Positions 50,344 through 59,940 of a stretch of DNA of 64,000 nt are shown piece by piece. Source of the DNA: Candidatus Thorarchaeota archaeon (lineage in GTDB: Archaea; Asgardarchaeota; Thorarchaeia; Thorarchaeales; Thorarchaeaceae). The notes below the pieces were generated by a model. That model saw nothing but the letters and a program-made list of their open reading frames with translations, was not told the origin of the DNA and did not search any database. The DNA lies in NCBI GenBank assembly GCA_046758445.1, contig JBHIAE010000009.1:8788-72787 (forward strand), read 5' to 3'. Each line of letters begins with the position of its first letter. The stretch's first letter is position 1. Position numbers and translations under genes: made by a program.

Positions 50344-53157
50344 ATGCGAGTCACTCGAAGAAAGAGCAACTATGTCATTCTTTTCCTTTTACTTGCTCTT
50401 GCCGGTGTATCTGGATCAGGCTTCGTCTTCCTTTCGCAGCCGGCCCGTCCCCCTCCTGACACGTTCATCATGGAAGTAGATGGGGACCCTGACTCGATGG
50501 ACCCTCATGTTACCGATGACGTCTACGGCGCCCGAGTCTTCTACAATGTCTACGAAACCCTGTATACATATCCATGGGGCACCGCGGATACCGAACCATC
50601 AGTTCCACTCTTGGCCGCGTCCGCGCCAGTGATCTCTGCTGATGGTCTGCAGTACAACATCTCGCTTCGTCAAGAAGTAATCTTCCACGATTATACCCCT
50701 TTCAACGCCAGCTGTGTCAAATGGAACATCGAGAGAGCAGCCAAGATGTTTGATGTCAGTGGTCCGGCATGGATGATAATCGAGCCGCTCAAAGGAGGTG
50801 GGACTCTCAAGACTGAAGCTTTCGTAAACGGTACGAACTCGCCTGAGTTTGCAGCAGCGTTCGATGAATGGCAGGCGAATTCGAGTGCAGTAGTCGTGTT
50901 AGACACATTCACGGTCCAGTTCAACTTGGAGCGTCCATTTACGCCATTCATTGCGACAATGACTCACTCGGTCGGTTCTATGATGAGTCCGACCTGTGTT
51001 CTGACAAACTCCGTCAACGACACTGGCCCAATGGACTCTCACTGGGGTGTCCATTATGGTGAAACGTCCACATTCATGGGAACTCATACATGCGGTACTG
51101 GTCCGTACATGCTGGATGAATGGAGGCCTTACGAGTTTCTCAAGTTGGACTTGTTCGAGGACTACTGGAGGATCTATACGGTTGACACGGCTATTGCTCC
51201 ATTTGTCCCCGCCGGTCTTATTGAGAGCGTCTACATCAATGTGAACGAAGACGTGATTGGGAGACTGCTGAATCTGAGGACCGGTCTAGTAGATTATGCT
51301 GACTGGCCGTCAATCCACGCGGACGAGGTCTGGGTCAATGACTCGATTGGTTCCAGGGACACAAATCTTGAGGTAAGAACAGGTGGCCTGAGCTATTCGG
51401 TGACGGCGCTCATCTTCAACTTAAACCTAAACCGCATCAACATCACCCGGTATGGAGAAGAAAGGAAGGTCCAGAGCCCGTTCGTGTACAGAGAACTTAG
51501 GAAGTGCTTTTCCTACGCTTTCAACTACGGTGAAGCAATCGATTCGTTGCTTGGAGGTTGGGGCATTCAAGCCAAGGGCTTCATTCCGCAAGGGATGTTC
51601 GGTCAGAACTCTTCCTACTGGCTAGAGCATTATGACATTGATGAAGCTGTTGACTGGTGGAACCAAGCGATGCTGCTGCCAGGTTTCGTCGAAACCATGA
51701 ACAACATGTCAGGCTACATTGACCTATACTACGATTCTGGCAACGAGATTCGAAGGCAGGCTGCATTACTGGTGAAAGATTGTTTTGCCGCAGTCTTGGC
51801 GAATCCTGCCACGAACCTGACTGGGATCCCCGTAATCCCAGAAATCAGGGTCAGCGCCCTCCGCTTGACCGACTACATTGAAGCTTTGGAAGACGGTGAG
51901 CTTCCCTTTTGGCTCGTCGACTGGGCGCCGGACTATGCTGATCCACACAACTACGCCTACACTTTCGTACACTCGCAGAGCAGGCACATGAGCGCTAGCG
52001 GCTACGAGAATGGCACTGTTGACGAGTGGATTGTCAATGCTTCAATGTCTTCAGACCAAGTCCAAAGGATGGATCTCTACAACAGGATTCAGGAACAGGT
52101 TTCCTTTGACCAGCCTAGCATCTACATGTATCAGCCCCAACAGTTCACTGTACATAGGGCTTGGCTCAAGGGCATAGGTCTCGTGTTCAACCCAATGCAC
52201 GACTTCTACATCTTTGAAACCTTCAAGGACTACGAAGACGACTTTTACTATGCGCCTTCGCCAACGTACTTCGATCCTTTGTTCTCACTTGGCATGCTAC
52301 TAATTGCTGCCGTATTCATCTCTCTTCTGGAGCGAGCCTTCAGCAGCCGAGGTGGATCATGCATCAATCTCTTCATGCTATTGATAGTACTCTTCTTCCT
52401 AGTTCCGTTTCTGATGAACCCAGTTCTAATCTTTCAGTTCTTCTTCAATCCGGCATCTGCAGTCATATTCTCCATCCTAGGGATACTCCTAGTGTTCGAA
52501 CCAGATCCGGAACGCAGCATAGAGCAGGGTGCTACGTATTATCCATGGGCGGACTATCAGATAGCTCCTAGTGGACAGAAACCCTTAGAGTCGGACGCCA
52601 CAATGGATATGCATGATGCAAGGTACTCCTCAACTATTCATGAAGTCGCAGATGACGACTCCAGACCAACACGAGATTCGCAGACTACAGAAATGGAGTT
52701 CACAGAAGCCAGATGGTTTGAAGAGGAAGAGAGTGATAGCCCTGTGGCCATTCTCATCAGAACAATGGCTCACGGCATAGCGTACTCCACTTTGATCTAC
52801 CTTGTCGGCTTCGACATGGTATTCATGTTCTTCTGGTTATTCGGACCGGCATCGGCCCTCGGCTTCTTCATTGGAATAGGACTACTCTTCATAACAATGG
52901 GATGGTCAAATCGAGCCTTGACGAATAGACTCTGGAGAATCGAGAGCAGTGACCGATGGCTTTCCCTATTCTTCCACGGAGTGCTTCTCTTCTGTGGCTT
53001 CTACATCGTGTATATCGTTCAGATGTATGTTTTTGCAATTCTAGGGATAACGTACTTCTTGTACCCTCTGGCATTTTCACCAGTCAACATCATAGTGGGC
53101 GCAATGCTTGATGGACACCTTGCAAAGGTGATAGCAAGTATATGGCGTGTGACTTGA
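50344..53157 (+). CDS. family 5 (peptide/nickel) solute-binding protein fused to a C-terminal polytopic membrane region
   Basis: 'DSMDPH', 'YETL', 'FHDYTPFNA', 'GTGPY', 'WAPDYADP'; then about three TM, an acidic linker and about four to five TM. Confidence 0.88.
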   Translation: MRVTRRKSNYVILFLLLALAGVSGSGFVFLSQPARPPPDTFIMEVDGDPDSMDPHVTDDVYGARVFYNVYETLYTYPWGTADTEPSVPLLAASAPVISADGLQYNISLRQEVIFHDYTPFNASCVKWNIERAAKMFDVSGPAWMIIEPLKGGGTLKTEAFVNGTNSPEFAAAFDEWQANSSAVVVLDTFTVQFNLERPFTPFIATMTHSVGSMMSPTCVLTNSVNDTGPMDSHWGVHYGETSTFMGTHTCGTGPYMLDEWRPYEFLKLDLFEDYWRIYTVDTAIAPFVPAGLIESVYINVNEDVIGRLLNLRTGLVDYADWPSIHADEVWVNDSIGSRDTNLEVRTGGLSYSVTALIFNLNLNRINITRYGEERKVQSPFVYRELRKCFSYAFNYGEAIDSLLGGWGIQAKGFIPQGMFGQNSSYWLEHYDIDEAVDWWNQAMLLPGFVETMNNMSGYIDLYYDSGNEIRRQAALLVKDCFAAVLANPATNLTGIPVIPEIRVSALRLTDYIEALEDGELPFWLVDWAPDYADPHNYAYTFVHSQSRHMSASGYENGTVDEWIVNASMSSDQVQRMDLYNRIQEQVSFDQPSIYMYQPQQFTVHRAWLKGIGLVFNPMHDFYIFETFKDYEDDFYYAPSPTYFDPLFSLGMLLIAAVFISLLERAFSSRGGSCINLFMLLIVLFFLVPFLMNPVLIFQFFFNPASAVIFSILGILLVFEPDPERSIEQGATYYPWADYQIAPSGQKPLESDATMDMHDARYSSTIHEVADDDSRPTRDSQTTEMEFTEARWFEEEESDSPVAILIRTMAHGIAYSTLIYLVGFDMVFMFFWLFGPASALGFFIGIGLLFITMGWSNRALTNRLWRIESSDRWLSLFFHGVLLFCGFYIVYIVQMYVFAILGITYFLYPLAFSPVNIIVGAMLDGHLAKVIASIWRVT

Positions 53158-53388
53158 TTGGTTAGTCAACTGGAACAAGGATCACAGCGGGGGAGTCCCA
53201 GAAGAGAAAGAAGTTGCGGAGCCCTGAGGCTCCAAGAATCAACTAGAAATCATCAACCTCTGAGGCTGGTTTCCTGACTCCAACACACAAGGACCCGTAG
53301 CTTGTCAGTTTCCACTGCCCATGTTTGTTTCGGGCGACTGTGACAGGTCTCGGTGAGTCGGCTCCTCCACTCTCAATGAAGATGGGGC

Positions 53389-53754
53389 TCAGAATCCATA
53401 GACAAGACCCAAACCGAGGAAGATGGCTAATGCCATAAAGACGATTGTGAGTAGCGCTAGCAATCTGTGCACAAGGAGGTGCCTCTCCCGAGTCAGACCC
53501 AACCGGGCTCTGCTGTATCCCGTTAATGCTGTTATGACTGCCAAGACGAGAGAAGCGGCACCTATCCATGTATGTGGATAGAAGAAGTGAACGCCTTCGC
53601 CAAGTGACACCATGTAGAACGCCGCAAAGAAACCAGCGACTACTGCTGCACCAAGAGTTGCGATTAAGCGATGGACCCGCAGCCACCATCTTCGCTGCCT
53701 CATGAACCTAGCGATCAAAACTGTGAAGATGAAGAGGATGATCGCTGTTGTCAT
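53389..53754 (-). CDS. cytochrome b561-like four-TM membrane protein
   Basis: His-bearing helices 'WWLRVHR', 'YPHTWIG', 'LLVHRLL'. Confidence 0.65.
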   Translation of the reverse strand: MTTAIILFIFTVLIARFMRQRRWWLRVHRLIATLGAAVVAGFFAAFYMVSLGEGVHFFYPHTWIGAASLVLAVITALTGYSRARLGLTRERHLLVHRLLALLTIVFMALAIFLGLGLVYGF

Positions 53755-53824
53755 AGTCCCTGCGTAAACCTGCCATAATTCAATCTGCGCTACTCAGCGT
53801 GGCCTCCTTCAGTCTCTGCCAAGG

Positions 53825-54349
53825 CTATCTTCTTCTGGCAACCATGACCACCACCATTACTAATCCAAGAGCAATGACCACTCCTGCTATGAGAAGCGTG
53901 GTCGGGAAGAAGTCAAGTTCTCCGTTCGTTCTGCCACCGTTGGTGGTCGTAGTTGTCGTTGTTGTTTCTGTTGCGGGCTCAGACACCGTAAGGGTCCGTT
54001 GGTTAATGCCGCCAAGTACGCATTCGGCCCACACCCTCAGCACATCACCATCAGTCGCAGCAACTACAAACGTGTCACTTGCAGTGAAGCTACTCTCTTG
54101 ATTAGTATAGAGAGATGAAGTGAATTTGACGTCATTCTTGAATACGGTAATGTTCTCAATGTAGTGTGAGTTAGGATCTCCAACAGTGTGTGAGATTGTC
54201 ACAGTAAGCTCTTGTGAATTCCAGTCATACAGAAGTGTCATGTTCGAGGGTGCATGGGCCGTCACAGGTGCTGGAGCCATTGTGGCAGCGATGAATACAA
54301 CGATCGCAGTAATCACAAAGACCCTAGAAGCTGAAAGTCGTCTACTCAT
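53825..54349 (-). CDS. exported membrane-anchored protein with desulfoferrodoxin/SOR-like His/Cys motifs
   Basis: Signal 'VTA|HAP', 'SHTVGDPNSHYIENI', 'WAECVLGG', T-rich linker, TM, RRR. Confidence 0.6.
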   Translation of the reverse strand: MSRRLSASRVFVITAIVVFIAATMAPAPVTAHAPSNMTLLYDWNSQELTVTISHTVGDPNSHYIENITVFKNDVKFTSSLYTNQESSFTASDTFVVAATDGDVLRVWAECVLGGINQRTLTVSEPATETTTTTTTTNGGRTNGELDFFPTTLLIAGVVIALGLVMVVVMVARRR

Positions 54350-54500
54350 GATCTCCAGTCCTCACTTATTGTGCAGTTCTTTCTGAGGAATGAGAGTGTT
54401 CGGAAAGGAAGAAAGGCCCAGCGGGTGGAAGTGGATGTTGAACTTCCCTCAGCCTTAAGTGCGGACACCTGTAGACATTGTTCTACTCGGGGACAAAACT

Positions 54501-55934
54501 ATGAGTTCGAATAATCGTCCTGAAGCTTTTGACTGGCAATTGTATCCACAGGCTGAGAAGCTTCTTCTTCAGAGGCTCGATGAGTTCTTAGCTGCTAGCA
54601 GAGTGGCCAGAAATCTCTCTGCGAGAATGACAAGTGAAAGCTCAACAAGATTGTTCGATTGGATTGATCACATTGTTCTTCCCAATACTCTCATTGAACC
54701 AGAAACCCTGCTGGAGCTCGGATTCGTGGAGAATCATAACATTGAGAGAATTGAAGGAACGCGGGTCTTTGAGCACAACATGTCGATTCTCTTTCCAGTC
54801 CTTGTATCAAAGGACGAATCGACCCAAATCGCATTGAAACCCGAAGACCTAGACCGCTTCCTTCAGATGAACGGTCGATACTATGCTTGGCCCGGTGACA
54901 CTCCAGGCGATGCTGAGATGTCAAGGGTTCATGACAATGTCGAAGGAACCCCTTACAGTCCCTACCGGCGTGCCCTCGTCAACAAGGAAGGCAGTCACCA
55001 AGTGTGGGCTGTAGAACGGCGTGGCTGGAATGGATATGCCGTTCAGGATGACTGGGCATCTGCCCAACATAGTGACTACGAACTGGTCCTTCGCAAGTTC
55101 CTGACACGCCGCAGGCACTTCAGCAGCGACAGAAGCGGACTCGAAGCAACGCTTGAACTCGTACGGCTAGGCTGCGATGAGATGGCGGAGGAGAGAGTGG
55201 CGGACGCGTTCTTTAGGGCAGAACGGCAGTTCTGGATGAGTAGGGAGAGAGGAGGTCAAGTCCAGTGGGCTGGACAGTCAAGGCTAGGACTGGGGTGGGG
55301 CAATCACGATCATCACACATTCCGTTCGTCCCGAGAGAACTTCCATCTGCTCATTCAGATATTCGAAACAATGGGATTCGAGCCCAGAGAACAGTTCTTT
55401 GCAGGTCAGAAAGCGGGTTGGGGGGCACAGGTCCTTGAGCACCCGGTTTGTCACATAACCATCTTTGCTGATGTGGACATTTCAGTCGACGAACGAAACC
55501 GTGACTTCGCACACGAACCAATGGAGCCCAGTGACAACTTGGGGACCATAGGATTGTGGGTGGCGCTTCACGGAGAAAGCATTCTGCAAGCTGGAATGCA
55601 CCACTTGGCAGCACGGGTTGATTTCAGCCGTGCGAGAGCAGGACTTGAGAGATATGGAATCCGAAGTCTGTACCCATTCTCGGATTTCAAATTCCTGAAA
55701 CAGGCGTTCGTTGAATCAGAAAGAAGACCAGTAGAATCTGAAAGACTAGAACTGATATCTGAGAAAGGGTTGATAGACCAAGAACGGCGGAACGACTTCG
55801 GGGACAAAGGAGCTATTGGCAGCCACATTGAAATCATTCAGAGAGGACAAGGATTCAAGGGATTCAACCAGGACTCTGTATCTGTGATAATCAGTGCCAC
55901 GGATCCCCGCAAGCATACGGAAAGGAATGCCTGA
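54501..55934 (+). CDS. VOC-superfamily metalloenzyme (HPPD/DUF1338-like His-His-Glu motifs)
   Basis: 'NHDHHTFRS', 'W..LHG...MHHLA', 'HIEIIQR..GFKGFN'. Confidence 0.6.
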   Translation: MSSNNRPEAFDWQLYPQAEKLLLQRLDEFLAASRVARNLSARMTSESSTRLFDWIDHIVLPNTLIEPETLLELGFVENHNIERIEGTRVFEHNMSILFPVLVSKDESTQIALKPEDLDRFLQMNGRYYAWPGDTPGDAEMSRVHDNVEGTPYSPYRRALVNKEGSHQVWAVERRGWNGYAVQDDWASAQHSDYELVLRKFLTRRRHFSSDRSGLEATLELVRLGCDEMAEERVADAFFRAERQFWMSRERGGQVQWAGQSRLGLGWGNHDHHTFRSSRENFHLLIQIFETMGFEPREQFFAGQKAGWGAQVLEHPVCHITIFADVDISVDERNRDFAHEPMEPSDNLGTIGLWVALHGESILQAGMHHLAARVDFSRARAGLERYGIRSLYPFSDFKFLKQAFVESERRPVESERLELISEKGLIDQERRNDFGDKGAIGSHIEIIQRGQGFKGFNQDSVSVIISATDPRKHTERNA

Positions 55935-56035
55935 GTATCGAGCGACGAATTAACCGACGTGGGCTATGGACTCCTTCTCAGTTAGCTATATCTGATGTTG
56001 GGAGCATGGCATGTCCAACTACAGAGTGAAACACA

Positions 56036-57172
56036 ATGAAACCGGTTGACGTCGGCAGCTTTCCACTGCACGCAGACGAAGCGCGCTATCAGTCGGGGGC
56101 CTCTTCCATTGAGATGAATCCGACTGTCCTAGACACAGATGATGCGGGGTTCTTCATTGAAACTCACAATGATGTGTTTCGCCGGAAGGCGGAAGCACTT
56201 GGTCCTGAAACTGCAGTTGTGTGTTATGCTCAGTGTCGCGGAATGATAGATCAGTTCTTTGAGCCAATCTTCCGGTATGTTCTGGGAGAGCCCGACAAGC
56301 TGCATGGGAAGATAGTGTCACAGGAAACCGCACAAACAGTGGCCATGGCCATCGCAGAGAAGAGAGGACATCTGCCGGAGAAGAGGGCGAATATTGCAGA
56401 GATAATTGCACTCGAGTCAGGTGCAGAGAAACTCTGCAAGCAACTTCAGACTGGCAGAATCTCCTACAAGGCATGTGTGACTGGCCCACTTGAGCTGACA
56501 CTGAACTTCCAGAGACTGCTTGGATTCCCTAGGGTGTACGATGACACATTGGTGGAGTTCTTCACGGAGGCCGTGCGCGCCTATGTCAAGAATTCTCACA
56601 GAAACACCAAGTACCTTCGTGCAGAGATAGTCACTGTGGATGAGCCCTCGATTGGCTTAGAAGGCTTGGCTGACTTCTTCTCTGATACGGGTACTGATGC
56701 CAAACTGAATCACCTCCTGTCCTGCTGGAATAGAATCTTCGACCAAGTTCCGGGAAACTGTTACAGAGGGCTCCACCTGCATACTTCTCCATTCGAGCAG
56801 CTGTTTCACTCAAACTGGAATCTCTTGGAAGCACATGTAGGAGTCTATGTCAAGAAAGAATGGCTTGAGGACTATGATAAATCGATTAGAGCGGCACTCA
56901 TGAGAACTGACGGGCCGACGATTCCAAAAGGGACCGACCTGAAGGCCGCTTGGGAAGAGATTCGTTCTGGAAATTACGAGAAGTTCCTACAACCGTTAAA
57001 CGACATGACTGAGATTCTCAGCGAATACGTTGAGATGTATGGGTTGGAGCGGGTGCCTTTTGCAGGACCTGAATGCGGCCTCGGCCCATGGGATTGGCCG
57101 CACGGAGACACTATGGCTCTTCGAAACTTGGAGAACATCAAAAGGTGCATTCGAGATTTCGGGTCGAAATAG
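56036..57172 (+). CDS. cobalamin-independent methionine synthase (core MetE)/URO-D-like TIM-barrel protein
   Basis: 'DVGSFP', 'VTGPLEL', 'VDEPS', 'LHLH', 'PECGLG'. Confidence 0.75.
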   Translation: MKPVDVGSFPLHADEARYQSGASSIEMNPTVLDTDDAGFFIETHNDVFRRKAEALGPETAVVCYAQCRGMIDQFFEPIFRYVLGEPDKLHGKIVSQETAQTVAMAIAEKRGHLPEKRANIAEIIALESGAEKLCKQLQTGRISYKACVTGPLELTLNFQRLLGFPRVYDDTLVEFFTEAVRAYVKNSHRNTKYLRAEIVTVDEPSIGLEGLADFFSDTGTDAKLNHLLSCWNRIFDQVPGNCYRGLHLHTSPFEQLFHSNWNLLEAHVGVYVKKEWLEDYDKSIRAALMRTDGPTIPKGTDLKAAWEEIRSGNYEKFLQPLNDMTEILSEYVEMYGLERVPFAGPECGLGPWDWPHGDTMALRNLENIKRCIRDFGSK

Positions 57173-57184
57173 GGGTGATCGGCG

Positions 57185-57814
57185 CTGAGTGACGAGCTCA
57201 CCTTCAGGATTGTCTTTGCTGCATCCTATCTTGTATTTGCAGGTGTCAGAGGCTACTATACGTACAAATCGCGGGGAGGAGCCCCATTGCGATCTAGGAG
57301 GGAGAGGTTTGAGGCAATCACTGAGCGAGGGAGAATCAGTGGCATCTTCCTCACTGTCTTCTTCTGGCTCTTTGTCATAGTTGTCGCCCTCTACTTGATA
57401 GATTCTCCGTGGATAACGTGGTCCTATCTCATTCTGCCCGTCGAAGTTAGATGGATTGGATTTGGGTTTGGAGTGGTCGCAGTGCCATTAGTTTGGTGGG
57501 CACATAGGACACTCGGGGAGTATTTCTCCTACGCCCTTGAGGTCAAGGGTGGTCATCGCCTAGTCACGAGTGGACCGTATTCTAGAGTACGGCACCCAGT
57601 CTACACGTTTCATATTCTCTTCAGTGCGGGGATGGCACTGCTGGCAGCAAACTGGCTGCTTCTCTTGTTCTGGGTCATTAGTATCCCAGTCGCATACCAG
57701 CGGATGCTCACAGAAGAGAAGATGATGATTGACAGATTCGGCGACGAGTACATTGACTACATGAAACAGACTGGAAGATTGGTTCCCAGAATGTCATTTC
57801 GTTCAGATTCCTGA
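57185..57814 (+). CDS. isoprenylcysteine carboxyl methyltransferase (ICMT) family membrane protein, probable CTG start
   Basis: 'HRLVTSGPYSRVRHPVY', 'EEKMMIDRFGDEYIDY'. Frame is open upstream of TTG 57287 to CTG 57185, adding TM 'FRIVFAASYLVFAGVRGYY'; SD GGGGTGA at 57172-57178. Confidence 0.88.
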   Translation: MSDELTFRIVFAASYLVFAGVRGYYTYKSRGGAPLRSRRERFEAITERGRISGIFLTVFFWLFVIVVALYLIDSPWITWSYLILPVEVRWIGFGFGVVAVPLVWWAHRTLGEYFSYALEVKGGHRLVTSGPYSRVRHPVYTFHILFSAGMALLAANWLLLLFWVISIPVAYQRMLTEEKMMIDRFGDEYIDYMKQTGRLVPRMSFRSDS

Positions 57815-59260
57815 CGGAAGTGAGGTTTCCGAGATACCGTGTCTTTTGAGGATCTCATTGAACACCGAGTCGAGCTTTGCTGCGTCCTCCTCAGGCAATG
57901 GCTCCACCTTATGTTCTTCCAACATCTTAGCGACTTGCTGGTGGGCCTTGCTCGTGGAGTCCTTGGACCCTTGTTGCTTCCACGCATCATGTGATAGTCT
58001 GGATATCACCTCAGAAGGCATCACGTGTTCCTTCCTCACGTGCTTTCGTGTATGCGATTGGTTCAAAAACTGACCTCCGGGCCCCACTGAGTCAATCAGG
58101 CCAGTGACGACTGAGAGGTCCTCGAGTAAGATACCCTCGACAATCCTACGCGCGGCCCTGCAAATCTCGTTGTCGAGAACGAGCTTCTCGAGTGATTGGC
58201 AGCTTATACTCGCAAGCATACCCGGACCAGATATTACATTGATTCCCGCCATAGCGGCCAGAATGAGACCCATTGCTGTTTCGTATCCACCTTGTGCGTC
58301 CACCGTCATAGAATCTGAAATACCGAGATAGGCATGAGTAGGTATTCCGTAGAACTTGCCCATTTCTGCTGAGGCGCATGCTACAATCGTTGCTTCGGGT
58401 GCCCCTATTCTGCTTGTTCCATGCCTTTGGTCAAGAACCGAAGTAGCACCACCATAGACCAGAGGGCTGCCTGGATTCACTAGCTGAGAGATTACGACTC
58501 CACTCAGTACCTCCGCATTTGCTTGAACTAGTGTACCGCTCAGAGTGATGGGGCTGGTTGCCCCTATCAATGGCGCCGGCACGATTGACGCAGGAATACT
58601 GTGGGTGGCACAGTCAATGAGATTCTGTGTGCTGACATCCCCCCAGATCAAGACCGACAAGGGACAGCAATCAAAGACCGCTCTTGGCTCTTTCACCAGT
58701 TGCTTCTCGCCCCGCGCGACGGACGCAAGCATTCGGTTCATGTCCAAGAGGCCTTCTTTCGTGAAAGCTCCAGTGATGATGGGTTTTCGGGATTCCTTCA
58801 AGCCAATGTAGAGTCTGTAGAGATCCGAAATGGCTACTGGCACATCAGAGGGAACCATTGCCGTACTCTGTGCATCAATGCAATCCAGCGAGTCGACAAG
58901 CCTGACATGATGTATCAGGTCAATTGCCGTGGCCTTCCGAATCAATCCAGACTCGCCATCTCTGAAATATACAGACGAAGAGGCTGGATTGAAGAGAACA
59001 TTGGTTCCGCCAACTTCGTAATGGTCCTTGCCATCTCTTGAGTAGAGTGTGAAAGAAGCAGGAACCTTTCGGAGCATGTCCTCAATCAAACCTGATGGGA
59101 TTCTCACAACTCCTGAAGAAGACGTAGCACCATTCTCACGAAGAAGCTTGACAGCATGTTTATTCTTCACAGCGACACCGGTTCTCTCAAGCACTTCCAA
59201 GGATGCCGAATGAATCTCTTCCGAGTCGGAGCGAGAGAGAAAGCTTACCTTAGCCGTCAA
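57803..59260 (-). CDS. mttB: trimethylamine methyltransferase family protein (non-pyrrolysine MttB)
   Basis: 'GATSPITLSGTLVQANAEVLSG', 'SDSMTVDAQGGYE', 'SLEKLVLDNE', 'VGPGGQFL'. No in-frame TAG. TTG 59260 follows GGAGGA; ORF is open to 59320. Confidence 0.9.
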   Translation of the reverse strand: MTAKVSFLSRSDSEEIHSASLEVLERTGVAVKNKHAVKLLRENGATSSSGVVRIPSGLIEDMLRKVPASFTLYSRDGKDHYEVGGTNVLFNPASSSVYFRDGESGLIRKATAIDLIHHVRLVDSLDCIDAQSTAMVPSDVPVAISDLYRLYIGLKESRKPIITGAFTKEGLLDMNRMLASVARGEKQLVKEPRAVFDCCPLSVLIWGDVSTQNLIDCATHSIPASIVPAPLIGATSPITLSGTLVQANAEVLSGVVISQLVNPGSPLVYGGATSVLDQRHGTSRIGAPEATIVACASAEMGKFYGIPTHAYLGISDSMTVDAQGGYETAMGLILAAMAGINVISGPGMLASISCQSLEKLVLDNEICRAARRIVEGILLEDLSVVTGLIDSVGPGGQFLNQSHTRKHVRKEHVMPSEVISRLSHDAWKQQGSKDSTSKAHQQVAKMLEEHKVEPLPEEDAAKLDSVFNEILKRHGISETSLPSGI

Positions 59261-59316
59261 TGGAAATCCTCCTGCCACATGAATAGAACGTTGGAAATAT
59301 GCTTGTTGGCAGAATC

Positions 59317-59940
59317 TCAAGTCCAGTCTATCATTCCTCGGAGTGCATTGAGCGCCGGGGGCATCTTTCTCTCCTTATTGTCTGATGAAGCAACGAGAGT
59401 GACATCTCCGTCGAAGGTGATCTTCCTCATGCGCCGGCAGGGGAAGAGTGGGGATAAGTCAAGGACAGACAGCTCGTTGAGCTTCAGAGATAGCTGGCGC
59501 AGCTTCTTGCATTTGCCCAAAGGGCCAAGGTCAAGAGATTCCAACTTGTTCTCATAGAGATGAAGTGTTTGAAGTTCAGAGCAACTTGCGAGAGGCAGGA
59601 GGTCTATCTGCTTCAATCTGTTGAAAGAGAGGTCCAAATAAACTAGGCTACTGCATCCGCTGAGTGGCTCAAGGTCAATCTGGTCAAGCCTGTTGCCACC
59701 GAGAGATATCTCGAGCAGACTTGGAATCTCGCTGAGGGGAGAGAGGTCTATGAGATTGAGATCATTCCCAGAGAGAGTCAGCACTTCCAGATTGCCAAAC
59801 TGGCGAAGTGGAGTCAGATCGGTTGTGAATATCCTTCGATCACCTAGGTCGATTTGAGTAGTCGAGGAGTCAAAGTTCTCTACTACCTTCCCGCCTGTCT
59901 TGGTTTCACTCCAGATTGTGATCTCTTCCATAAAGGTCAC
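59317..59940 (-). CDS. leucine-rich repeat protein
   Basis: 22-aa repeats with 'IDLxPL'; GTGA overlap with the metG stop. Confidence 0.88.
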   Translation of the reverse strand: MTFMEEITIWSETKTGGKVVENFDSSTTQIDLGDRRIFTTDLTPLRQFGNLEVLTLSGNDLNLIDLSPLSEIPSLLEISLGGNRLDQIDLEPLSGCSSLVYLDLSFNRLKQIDLLPLASCSELQTLHLYENKLESLDLGPLGKCKKLRQLSLKLNELSVLDLSPLFPCRRMRKITFDGDVTLVASSDNKERKMPPALNALRGMIDWT

